Positions 40,558 to 51,657 of a DNA stretch of 64,000 nucleotides are shown here, piece after piece. The stretch's first letter is position 1, and the number at the start of each line of letters is the position of its first letter. The translations under genes were made by a program, and so were the position numbers. Below the pieces are notes generated by a model. The model saw nothing but the letters and a program-made list of their open reading frames with translations. It searched no databases and was not told the origin of the DNA. Origin of the DNA: Octopus sinensis (Eukaryota); contig NC_043010.1 in NCBI RefSeq assembly GCF_006345805.1, positions 25,234,001 to 25,298,000 of the forward strand. Reading direction: 5' to 3'.

Positions 40558-40822
40558 TTCTATACTAATTTTTTCCTTTCATGGAACACTTCCAATTGTT
40601 TATAATTACCTCTATCAATTGTTACTGAATTAATTCACTAATATGGTCTCTGTATGCAAAGAACATGCTCACCTTTCTGTTGCTGGGTACCTGTCTTTAT
40701 AATCTGTCATTATACCAATCATGGAATTTTGTTTGAGTCACCAATCAACATGAATTGTAGATATCAGAACACAGAGATGGACAAAATGCTGCTAAATATT
40801 TTGTCTGGCATGTTAATGATTT

Positions 40823-41681
40823 AGTGGAGCTGTACAACAGTCACCTCACCACAAAAATCGAGCTTTTGGAAATTTTTTTTTCTCAGTGGATTCCTAGGTT
40901 TTCCATGACGGAGATTCCGAATATGCAAAAAATCATGTTTTCAAAATTTTAAATCCTGCCCCCATTTTTTTAATTTTTAACTTTTTTCGAAATTTTTTTT
41001 CAGTCTATGTGGAAAAATACAGAAATTAATAATATGGCAAACAAAAAATTAATTAATTTCAAATTTTATATAAAAAAACTCCAAATTTGATCCACACACC
41101 CCTTGCCACTCAACAAAAAAGGGTGTGCATGTGCAACAATCTCTACAGCTCACTGAAAATGAATGGTTGAAACAAGTGAAACAAAATGTTTTACATACCC
41201 GTTGTATATGTTGGTCTTGTTTTTTTCGCTTTAAAGGTAAACGATTCTCATAGAAGCAAACACAATATAAAATAATTCTGCAAAAAATCAGGTTTTCAAA
41301 ATTTTAAATCCCCCCCACCACTGGTTTCAGTCATTTATTTTCAGTGAGCTGTAGAGATTGTTGCATACATGCACCCTTTTTTGCTGGGTGGCGAGGAGTG
41401 TGTGGATCAAATTTGGAGTTTTTCATATAAAATTTGAAATTAGTTAATTTCTTGGTTGCAATACTGTTAATCTCCGTATTTTTCTACATAGATTGAAAAA
41501 AAAAGTTAAAAATTAAAAAATTGGAGGTGGGGGGATTCATTTAAAATTTTGAAAACATGATTTTTTGCATATTCGGAATAACCATCATCGAAAACCTAGG
41601 AATCCACTAAGAAAAAAATTTTTCTGAAAGCTTGGTTTTTGTGGGGGGAGGGAGGAGGGGTGACAGTCGTACAGCTCCACC
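40823..41681. mobile_element. Foldback-type element with ~350-bp inverted arms
   Basis: Arms ~40823-41180 and ~41324-41681 are reverse complements; possible 8-bp TSD aatgattt/aatgattc. Confidence 0.85.
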
Positions 41682-44584
41682 AATGATTCTTCTAGCTCCT
41701 TGCCCTCAAATCATTCATTAATATTAATGAGTGAGATGTTCTTATGAAAGTTTGCTGCTGTCTGAAATAACTTGACTGCCTGACCCTTGTTGAGGCATAA
41801 ACAACCAGAAGACTCAGAATAACAGCTTTAACTGCTGCACACATCTAGGATTCCATACTATCTAATTTCTGAAAGATCAGCTATACCTGGAGTTCCCAAA
41901 TCCTTCCAGAACAATCATTTATTTATGTGAGGTGTAAACCTTATAGTCATTTAAGTATTTTCTTGCATACAAGTTGAATTTTTCAGATCAAAATTTACAA
42001 CCCCCCAAAAATAAGTTGACATATACATTAAAATAACTTTGAAGGACTAAAGATTCCTTGTGATATGCTGTGGGATTTAGAAAGAGAATGCTGGTGTTTG
42101 AATGTTTACACCACAAACTATACCAGTTTGTATGCCATAAAATGTGATATATGTTTATTTTTAGTGCTGGGGTATTTATAAATAGCCCAGGTCCATTTTT
42201 ATAGTTCTATATACTCCAAGTATTGTCCTCAGCAGGAGTTTCTCATTTGGTCACTTTTAGGAGGAGTTGGTTCCTCTCACCTTCCTATTTGCTTTATTTT
42301 TGTTTGTAATATTATGAATTCTATCATTGCTATGATGTTCTCGTGAACAGCAGTGAAGTTGAGAAGTGTTTGTCCAAGTTCTTGCTATTGCAGCTGTTGT
42401 TCTTACTTTTTCATCTTGCAGATCAGTCACACTCCCACCATTCTCCAGGTGACTTTAGACCTACAAAGTTTTCAGGTTTGGAGGATCTTTCTCTTTTTTC
42501 AGTCTGATTCTTCAGATTCCGTTTCATGGATAGATGAGGTATCTGAGAAAGGCAGATATGTCAGCAAGAGTTTTATTGTTTGTGTTGTTTAGGAGAGGGC
42601 ACCTTTCACAGCCTTTGTACATGGTACAAGTGTTTGTCTTGAGCAATTTATTTAGCTGTTTAACCAATTTATTTTGCTTTTTTTTTTTGAGCATTTTAAT
42701 TTTGTGGCTGTTGATGTCGATTTTGTTATTGTTATTTTTTTTATTGATTTTATTAGGGAAGTTTTGTAGTTGTTACATGACAAGGGAACTGAAAATGCAT
42801 AAGTTGGTTAGTGACACTGCAATGAAATCCCTCTGCCTTTCTGTCTTTTATTATTATCATGTTTTGTATGTCTCCATTTGGAATTAGAATGAAATTTCTA
42901 CAAAGTTTTACATGTAAGAACTTCCATCTCCAGGTATTTTTCATGTAAGGAAGATTGAGGATTATTTCCCCAGTTCCTCTATAACTTCCACCAAAATTAC
43001 TGATTTAAATTTGATGGTACATTATGAATATTCACTTTAGTAGATCAACAAAACATTTTGATAAGAATTAAAAATACTACTCAGGTACACAGGAATTAGA
43101 GTGTTTTTCCTATCTCTTCCTAACTTCAGAATAAACTTCCATTAGCAGGTGAAATTTTGAAACAGCTATCACAACCTCACAGGGAAGGAAAAGAAAGAAC
43201 ACAGAATGATGTTCAGGGAGCAAAAATGTAAAGCAAAAAACTTTTTCCAGAATTATAATCTCCATTATAGAAAAGAAAGGAATAGTAAAAAAAGAAACAA
43301 AAAAAATTATGGAAACACACTGTTTGTCTTTTGTGGCACCACTTCCATTCTTCAGGTACTATTCACTGCAACAAAAAAAATGGTTTTATCCTCGTCCACA
43401 TCATTTTTTTATCACACAACTGCGGGTGATTGTTCTGGGATACCAAATGCACCACCTCACTCTCCTGGTACTTTTCTACTCACAATGGAAAATGGCTTTT
43501 GCATCCTTGTCATCTTTCTATTCAAACAATTGTAGGTGAATTCACTTCTCAGTCAGCTATTAATTCGACATGTCTGTTGATGTTGCTGTCGCTATTTCGG
43601 AGTCACTGTTATTATTACTACACTCTTCTTATTGACGAAGTTGTAGTTATTTAGTTTCATTAGCCTTGCTGACATTGTCATTCCTTTTTACTATTTGTGT
43701 TAACGCTATTATTTTTCTTCTTGGTTCTTTAGTTTCTGTTGTGGCCATTGTTGTTGGTGATAAGAGAGATTTTTGTTGCATTTCATACCAGCACTTCTCT
43801 CAGTCTCACTATTGTACTGCGCCATATCTGCATGCGTTGTCCAGTGTCTATGGAAGGAGAAAAGCAATTCACTGAGGCAGACGACAGATTTTGCCTAACA
43901 GCTACCATGCTTGTCATAGCTGCCTCCCACTGCACCTCCTTCTTCAAAGGTCAAAGGTCAATTAGTTTTAGGCACCGGTGACAAAAATGTATAAATAAAA
44001 AGAGGCATACGAGTATTATATAAATTTTTTGATTGAAAAATTGAGTATATTTTGTACATACGAATATACCAGCCTGTGGGCAAGAGTTTCCCCACTTTTG
44101 GTTTAAGCATAGATTTAAAAAATTTCTTCCCCTAACACTTTTTTATATTATGTATTAAAGAAGAAAAAACAATCTTCGGATTCCCATCAAAGATTGAGAA
44201 TCTACCAAAAATTGAATTTTCTCCATTTTTCTTTTCTTTTTTTTTTTTTAAGCAAACTTTTATTTTACAACTATTCCATGAAAATTGAGATTTGAATTTA
44301 ATAATTACATATATAACACGTATGTGTATGATACAATTATATTACAAAATCATTTATATTACAAATCCAAAATCGGAGAAAATACAGACATGAACGAAGA
44401 AAATGCTGTTTTTAAAAAAAGTATAGAATCTCAACTAGATGCTTAATAAATGGAAAAAAAAAAAACCTTTCAATGAGTGCAAATAACAATTAGTGAAAAA
44501 GAAAATAACAGCATCCTCATTCCTTCAAATTAAAAATTTATGATGTTATCTTAATCGCTCATGCTTGAATAGACAAACTCAAAC

Positions 44585-44712
44585 GTACATTATTTGCACT
44601 AGACGAATATTTGTACTCATCTTGTTTGTTGTTTCGGCTGATACACCCTCCAGCCTTCATCAAGTGTCTAGGGCAAATTTCAAAGCTGGCTTCTCATTCC
44701 CAAGGTATTTTT
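44585..44712 (-). mobile_element. Penelope-like terminal fragment with degenerate hammerhead-like core (44631-44668)
   Basis: Minus strand gacac-TTGATGA-aggctgg-agggtgta-tcagcc-GAAAc; homologous to 56560-56900. Confidence 0.6.
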
Positions 44713-44806
44713 CAATATTATTGTTGTTGTTGTTGTTGTTATTATGCAGATCATAATAATAACATAAAAAAATACCTGCATCTTTTCGGTTTGAACAGCA
44801 GTTTTG

Positions 44807-45227
44807 GGATCTTTTCGGTTCGAACGGCAGTTTTTAACATAATTTCTAGGTAACTAAAAAATTTTAAACTTCGTATGCTGGTAGAATGTATTTATAAAAC
44901 ATCTTTTTCTCTTGGCTTTATTGAGAAAATTCTATAGTTTTTTGTTGTTTTTTTTCTTCAATTTCTAAAATTTCAACCAATCACTGACGTCTATTGAGGT
45001 AAAAAAAACATTCTGTGCCGTATGAATATGTCCCTCGTTTAAGAAACAGATTGGGTTTATTTACATTTGTGAAGAAAAAAAAGATACCCTTCCCCCACCC
45101 TTAGCCCTAACTCTAACCCTAACCCTAAAAGAGATTGAAATGCAATAGATCGATACTAGGGTCATAATTATGGGTGACAATTTCATATGACACCGCTAGA
45201 AAACTGCCGTTCAAACCGAAAAGATCC
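44807..45227. mobile_element. GGATC-terminal MITE
   Basis: TIRs ggatcttttcggttcgaacggcag / ctgccgttcaaaccgaaaagatcc; extra partial TIR at 44778; family copies at 55083-55165, 56626-56817 and 56902-57866. Confidence 0.85.
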
Positions 45228-46450
45228 TAAAATATATTACATTTGTTTCAGTTAAGTTTTGAAATAATGAGGAATTTAGTAAAATAACTTTGTCATTATG
45301 AAGCTGGCGTTTGGAGCATTTTTTTTTTCCTTTGAAAAAAACTTGCAGATGCAAGTGCTGCCAGTTGAAAGCTTTGCATACCAGATGCTAGCAAGTATAA
45401 AGGGTCACCAGGAGAGAATGCGCACCGTTTGGGGGGCCTTCCTCTCAACAGCAACATTGTGCAATCCCCCCCCCCCCAACAACAACAACATCACCTCCCT
45501 GAAATGAGGCTCGCTGGCTAGACTAACTGGTTATTAGGTATCGCTCAATATTCTAGCCATTTTCATCGTCTCTTTTGAACCAAATCCAGTGGCTTGCCTT
45601 CTCCACTGTACTCGAGATATCACTTGTGGTGGTATTTGTCAAGTTCATTTCCGTATTGGTCATTGGATTTGATTGATTCTTGACCAAGCATGGGTTCTAA
45701 CATCTACCAATGTGAATCAGTAGATGTTACAAAACATTACAGAGGCGAGTATTGTAAATCCGTAGCCTCCGCCAGTCTTTCCTGGTGTCAATAGTATTTC
45801 CCATTATCAGCTTGTCTTTCCGAGCAGTCCTCTTATCTTTTCTAGATGCCTTACCGTCTTTTTTGGTATGTCAATGGATACCACCATAAGTTCTTGGATC
45901 TTTGCAAACAACTTGCTGGCGTTTGGAGCATAAATTAACATGAAGCTTTAATGGAAGATTTTAATTTAGTTCACTTTAAAATAGGAACTTTTTGTCACAG
46001 AACAAAGCCTTTTAACCATACAACCATACATATACATGCATACACACACGCACACACACATGTATGCATGCACGCACGCACACACACAACATAACTTGAT
46101 TGGCGCTCTCAGCGCTATACTATATAGAGAAACGAATTTGGTGAACTATTAAGAGAGATGTAAGCACAAACGAAGGTGATAAACATCGCAAAATGACTGA
46201 ACAGTTAGAAGTCATGCTGTCAGGCACTTAGATCAGGGCTTGGGGGACTTTTTAACCAGTTACCCCAAAATATATTATTTACTCCAACGTCACCCTCTTG
46301 ATTTGAAAAGAAGAAAATCATTGATGCTTCGAATTCAAAAGGTTTATTGAAACTATTTATATGGAGAATACAATTATAAATATAAAAAAGTATAGACATG
46401 CGATAAAATAAATTATGAAACAAAAGGATTTTTCTTGAAACTTTCTCACT

Positions 46451-46684
46451 TCAGGTTTTGGAGAAATGATTCCTTTTTGTTACAATTACAACAAAATTGG
46501 GACATTTTGATGCCAGAGCAATTTGGATGATTACTCTGCTTTGTTTTTTGTTGCATTTATCTAAATGCGAACGAGAGAAGGTATCGACGTGCGGAGTACT
46601 TTTACCCGGAACATGCTTAGTAATGAATTTGTACTGTGATTGGATCAAACCCCACCTAGTTATTTCTGTCGGAATAAGGAACAC
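46451..46684 (-). pseudogene. Old Ty3/Gypsy RNase H fragment
   Basis: ITRWGLIQSQYKFITKHVPGKSTPHVDTFSR resembles the RW..L..Y.F.I.H.PGK.N..AD.LSR motif. Confidence 0.5.
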
Positions 46685-46895
46685 GTTGTATTATATAATT
46701 TTACTTAAGTCTAAGAATTTCATTTTTACCCCACTTGGAGTAATTTACCGTTTGCCGATCCCTCCGACTTAGATAATTAACATGTGTCATTAAAAATGTG
46801 AAAGTAAAGTGCACTCGACCTGATGAGTTACGCAGGAAAATGTTTGCTAAATTAAAATCCTAGATTATGCGCGAAATACTTTGGCTCATTATAAT

Positions 46896-47135
46896 TGTGG
46901 TGTCGGTGGAGAGGACGACAGATAAGGGAGGGCGGAAGCAGGGCGCATGCGCAGGAGGAAGCGGAAGCGGTGAAGCAGCACGCACGTGTGGGATCAACGA
47001 AGCGGGCAGTTCGAGCTGAGACAACGAAGCGACTAGACGCATTGACTTTGCTGAGAGAGATCTGATCTTCGCTGAGGTAAGGCCCATTGTATTTCCTTCT
47101 CTTTTTCTGTTGTCCTCTTCATCCGTCACACTACA
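46896..47135 (+). repeat. 5' LTR (240 bp)
   Basis: tgtggtgtcgg...gtcacactaca; both ends are shared with the 3' LTR. Confidence 0.9.
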
Positions 47136-47147
47136 AGCTATTTTGGC
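47136..47147 (+). other. Putative non-canonical primer-binding site AGCTATTTTGGC
   Basis: Directly follows the LTR-terminal CA; no TGG start; 11/12 identical to the reverse complement of the tRNA-Phe 5' end GCCGAAATAGCT (tRNA sequence recalled). Confidence 0.55.
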
Positions 47148-47178
47148 ATATAAATAAAAACAAAAACAAAAAAAACGA

Positions 47179-50100
47179 ATGATGCGTGCCCGTATTTCGC
47201 ACGAAATTATAAAACCGTTTTGCGGCGACACGGATGTAATCGCTTGGCTGAAGAAAGTGAAGTTGGTGGCGAAGCTCCATGGTATAAGTGACCTGGCGAG
47301 CTTCATGCCGCTGTACTTGGATGGTCCAGCGTTGGCGCTGTATTTAGAGATGGAGGAGACAGACTAACTCAGCGCAGAGAAAGTGGAAATCCGGTTGATG
47401 GAGTCCTTTGCGGAGGGAATGTTTGAGGCATATGGTCGCTTGGGTAGAACAAGATGGACTGGGCAACAGGTGGATGTGTTTGCCAATCAACTTAGGAGAT
47501 TGGCTAAACTGGTGGGTTACGAGGGAGAGTCGCTGGACCGGACGGTTAGGTTGGTGTTCGTGACTGGCTTTCTTGACAACATGTCGGTCGAGCTACAGCA
47601 GCTTCCGAATGTGCATTCGATGCCGTTGGCGGACATCATATCTTGGGCACGCGTATTAGTTTTGTGCAGCAAGACGACGTCGGTAGCAGCGACTGCAACA
47701 TTGAAAAGTGGCCGAGCTAGGAGCAGCAGAGAGGGGCCAAAGAAAGAACATATGCGACCGTTCAAAGGACAGTGTTTCCGGTGCCAAGGTCCAAACATGG
47801 TGCGTGACTGTGTCACCCAAGCCTGAGGTGATTTGCTACCGGTGTCGAGAACCGGGGCATATAGCCAGCGAATGTCTGCGGGGAAACAGACTGCGGGAGA
47901 CTACTGCGCCGGTAGTTGTCCCTTCGGACCAGTAGAGGCGCGTTTATCGTTGCTACCTGTGGTCGACATTCTGGTGGAGGGGAAGATGTCGCGAGCCCTT
48001 GTGGACACGGGCTGTACGACAACCCTGATAACTACAGAAGTGGCAGAGACGTGGAGTGGAGAAAGCAGTGTTAGAGCTGTCGATGGAAGAGAAGTACACT
48101 GTGAAGGGGTTACAGATGCATGGATTGTAGTGCAGGGACTACAGCTGACGCTGCGAGCGATTGTGGTTGGTCACTTGGTGGACGAGATCGACGTGGTGAT
48201 GGGGATGGATGCAATCACCTGCTTGGGAGGTGTCACCGTTAACGAGGCTGGTGTAACATTTGGGTTAGCGGGGAAACCATGCACCGGCGACAACCGTGAG
48301 GAAAGGCATGCTGCGCACACCATTGAAGACCAGGATTTTCGGGCTGTCTTTGATGGCAAGAGGTGGACAGTGGAGTGGCACTGGAAGGGAGAGCCCCCGA
48401 TGTTAAAGAATAAAGTGGGCTGCTATCAGCATACTCTAAAAGGAGAAGCCAGAAGTGAGTTCGAAGGGAGGTGGAGCAGTGGATTAAGGAGGGCCTATTG
48501 ATCCCTTGGGAAAAAGAAGAGAGCAGAGTCCTGCCACTGATGGCGGTGATACAGCCCACAAAGCATAAGGTCAGGCCAGTGCTTGACTTCCGAGAGCTGA
48601 ATGACCACGTATCATGTCATACAGGCGGTGAGGCCACGGATGTCTGCGGAGACACCTTGTGAGAGTGGAGGCAGATGACAGGGTCTCCACGATTGTTGAT
48701 TTGAAGTTGGCATACCTATAGGTGCATGTGGCTGAGAAATTGTGGAAGTACCAGCTCGTCAGGTATAAGGGCTGGACGTACTGTCTGACCAGGTTGGGGT
48801 TCGGGCTGAATTCAGCGCCAAAGATTATGGCAACAATTCTCAAGGCCATCCTGGGAAAGGTGGACAGAGTAAAAAGGGCCACCAATTCGTACATTGATGA
48901 CATTCTGGTGGATGAAACCGTAATACCAGCAATGGAGGTCATAGGCCACCTGAAGAGTTTTGGACTGATCGCCAAGCCACCAGAGGCAATGGAGGGAGGT
49001 GCTGCACCGGGCCTCACGCTATGGAGAGACAAGGCCGGTGCATTGGTGTTCTGGCGAGGGAATGAGGTCCCTGAACTGGGCGCTAGCATGAGTAGACAGG
49101 AACTGTTCTCTGCGTGTGGGAAGCTGGTGGATTGCAGGTTGGCTCCGGACAGCATGTAGCTTTATCAAGAGACGAGCCGAAGGAGTGAAGTGGAATGATA
49201 GAGTGGGGGAGAAGACGATCGACATGATGCAGGAAGTCTTGGTCAGAGTAGGAGCAGAGGACCCAGTGAGGGGCAGCTGGTATGTTCCCAAATCAAAGAG
49301 CGGGATTGTATGGTGTGACGCCAGTAGCATCGCAACAGGGGTTGTCTTAGAAGTGGGAGGTGTCATGGTGGAAGATGCGGCCTGGCTCAGGAAGATGGAT
49401 GACTGCAATCATATCAACGTGGCGGAGTTGGATGCCGTGCTGAAGGGGGTGAACCTAGCTTTGAAGTGGGGGTTGCACACCATAGAAATCAGGACTGATT
49501 CGGCCACTGTACTTGGTTGGGTGACAGCAGTCATCACCGATGAGCGGAGGGTGCGGACCAAAGGGGCTGCAGAGATGCTGGTAAAGCGTCGATTAGGAAT
49601 ACTGCGTGAACTAACCACTGAGTTCAATCTGAAGCTGAGTGTGATCTTTGTGCCTTCCGAGAAGAACAGGGCAGACGTCCTGACCAGGGTAAAGCGAGCC
49701 TGGTTGCAGGTGCCAGAGGATGTGAAGCAGGATGTAGCTGCAGTATGCCATCTGAGTGACTCGGAGTTGCGGAGACTGCACACCATGCATCACATGGGTG
49801 TGGACAGGACATTGTTCCTAGCCAGAAAAGTTGACTCCGATGTAACAAGACAGAGCGTGCAGAGAGTGGTTAGCAGTTGTGACAGGTGCCAGTCCATCGA
49901 CCCTGCTCCGGGCGTACATGAAGCGGGAAGTATTCCAGTGGACCAGGACTGGAAACAACTGGCGGTGGACATAACACACTACCGGCAGGGGACATACCTC
50001 TCAATGGTTGACTGCGGACCGGGGCGGTTGGCCATATGGAGAGAGATGAAGACGGGGACAGCAGAAGAAATTGTGAAAGTATTGAATGAGATATTCCTGG

Positions 50101-50642
50101 AACGAGGCCTCATGGATGAACTGCTTCTGGATAATGGCACTGCATTTCGCTCGGATGTGCTGAAAGAAATGCTTGATGGGTGGAAGGTCAACTGCTTCTT
50201 CAGGGCGGCATACCGGCCAAGTGGAAATGGGGTGGTGGAAAGGCATCATCATACCATCAAGGCCATGGCAGAGAGGGGTCACATTTCACCAATCGAGGCT
50301 ATATTTTGGTACAATATGTCGCCCAGATCAGGACAGGCTGAGGAGTCGGTGCCACACAGGGCAATATTCAGGTATGAGTGGAGGCATCTGTGTACTGCAT
50401 CAATGCGACCCGGGGCAGAGGAAGAGCACGCCTTCGTGCAGGTTGGGGAAGAAGTTTGGGTAAAACCCCCAAACGCACGGTGTACATCACAATGGGGAAA
50501 GGGGACAATAACCTCTGTAAATTCAAAGAATAACATCTCGGTCGATGGTATGCCACGCCACGTTTTGGATATACAGAGAATTGTCCATGCCTCAGAGGAT
50601 GGGACCAGCAGCAGTGGGCAAGATGAAAACAACACAGGATGA
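47179..50642 (+). pseudogene. Gypsy gag-pol with stops and frameshifts; RNase H-integrase part 49116-50642 is open
   Basis: ORF track 47179-47367, 47383-47826, 47833-48501, 48471-48662, 48722-49159, 49116-50642. Confidence 0.92.
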
Positions 50643-50811
50643 TGAGGCCAGCAGCAACATGCCAGGAACCAGTCCTAGGGTCGCACTGCGACCACAGAGG
50701 GAACGGCACCCTCCTCCCTGGTTGGCTGATTATGAAACCAGTTAAGGTGTGAGTTCGGGAGCGGGGAGCGAGTGAGAAAGCCGGTTCAGTGATCTGTAGA
50801 TCAGGGGGGCA

Positions 50812-50870
50812 TGTGGTGTCGGTGGAGAGGACGACAGAAAAGGGAGGGCGGAAGTAGGGCTTGCACTACA
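50812..50870 (+). repeat. Internally deleted 3' LTR (59 bp)
   Basis: First 49 bp match the 5' LTR with 2 mismatches, then ttg + cactaca (LTR end) + TSD. Confidence 0.88.
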
Positions 50871-51657
50871 ATAATGCAATGGATATTAACAGGGATGTTA
50901 GTTTAGGTTATATATCGAGTTGAAAACCATTCTTTAAATTTTGTTGATCCAGTCATGAAAGCATCCATACATAGACTATCGAAGGATAGTAGGCTCCGCT
51001 CCAAGAAGAAACTAAGGTGACAATGCAGAACAAATGATGCTTTATTATGTAAAAGTATGGATCCGGAAATGAAAATTCCCCCCAAAAAAAAATATTGGAA
51101 TGGGTGTAAAACAATGGGTAGGAAACGAATATGAAAAAAAAACGCAATGGGAGGGTGGGAAGTGGACTTCGGAAAATTCACAACATCCGAACTTTTCCCT
51201 CCAATGAAATTTTATAGAAATATTTTTCAAGCGTCATACATTACTATTATAAAGAAATTTGTCGAAAAAATCTTTTCCAAGGGGGTGGGGTAAGGACTTC
51301 GGAAAATTCACAAAATACCTTTGAAATGGCATACATTAAGACTATAAAGTAATTTGTGGGGAAAATCTTGAGGTGGGTAGAGGACTTTCAGAAAATTCCC
51401 AAGATCTGAATTTTTCCTCGTTATATTCCAAAATCACATTCAACTTTCTACAGATACTACTACACTACGCAGTTTTTATTTCTATCCACTTTCAATAATT
51501 TTTAATGTTTTGGCTTCCTCGCCACAGTCTTCCATCTTCTCATGAATCTGTCTCGTGACAGGTACCTTTTCTCTAGCCTGATCTTATTACTGAGGTGGTA
51601 ACTAAAAAAGTTAATCAACCCCTGGCCTGATATAAAGGTACCCGACACTACACCTCT

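Larger units (their letters stand above)
46896..50870 (+). mobile_element. Complete Ty3/Gypsy LTR retrotransposon, 3975 bp, inactivated
   Basis: TG...CA LTRs; perfect 5-bp TSD ATAAT (46891-95, 50871-75); gag with two zinc knuckles; protease LVDTG; RT RPVLDFRELN and YIDD; RNase H CDAS; integrase HHCC + DDE; order PR-RT-RH-IN; PPT 50803-50811. Confidence 0.97.

Noticed and set aside
45100-45128. (TAACCC)n telomere-like repeat
   Set aside because: Only 2-3 imperfect units inside a MITE; not evidence of a chromosome fusion.
46820-46840. CTGATGA...GAAA spacing like a hammerhead core
   Set aside because: No stem II between the motifs and no stem I or III.
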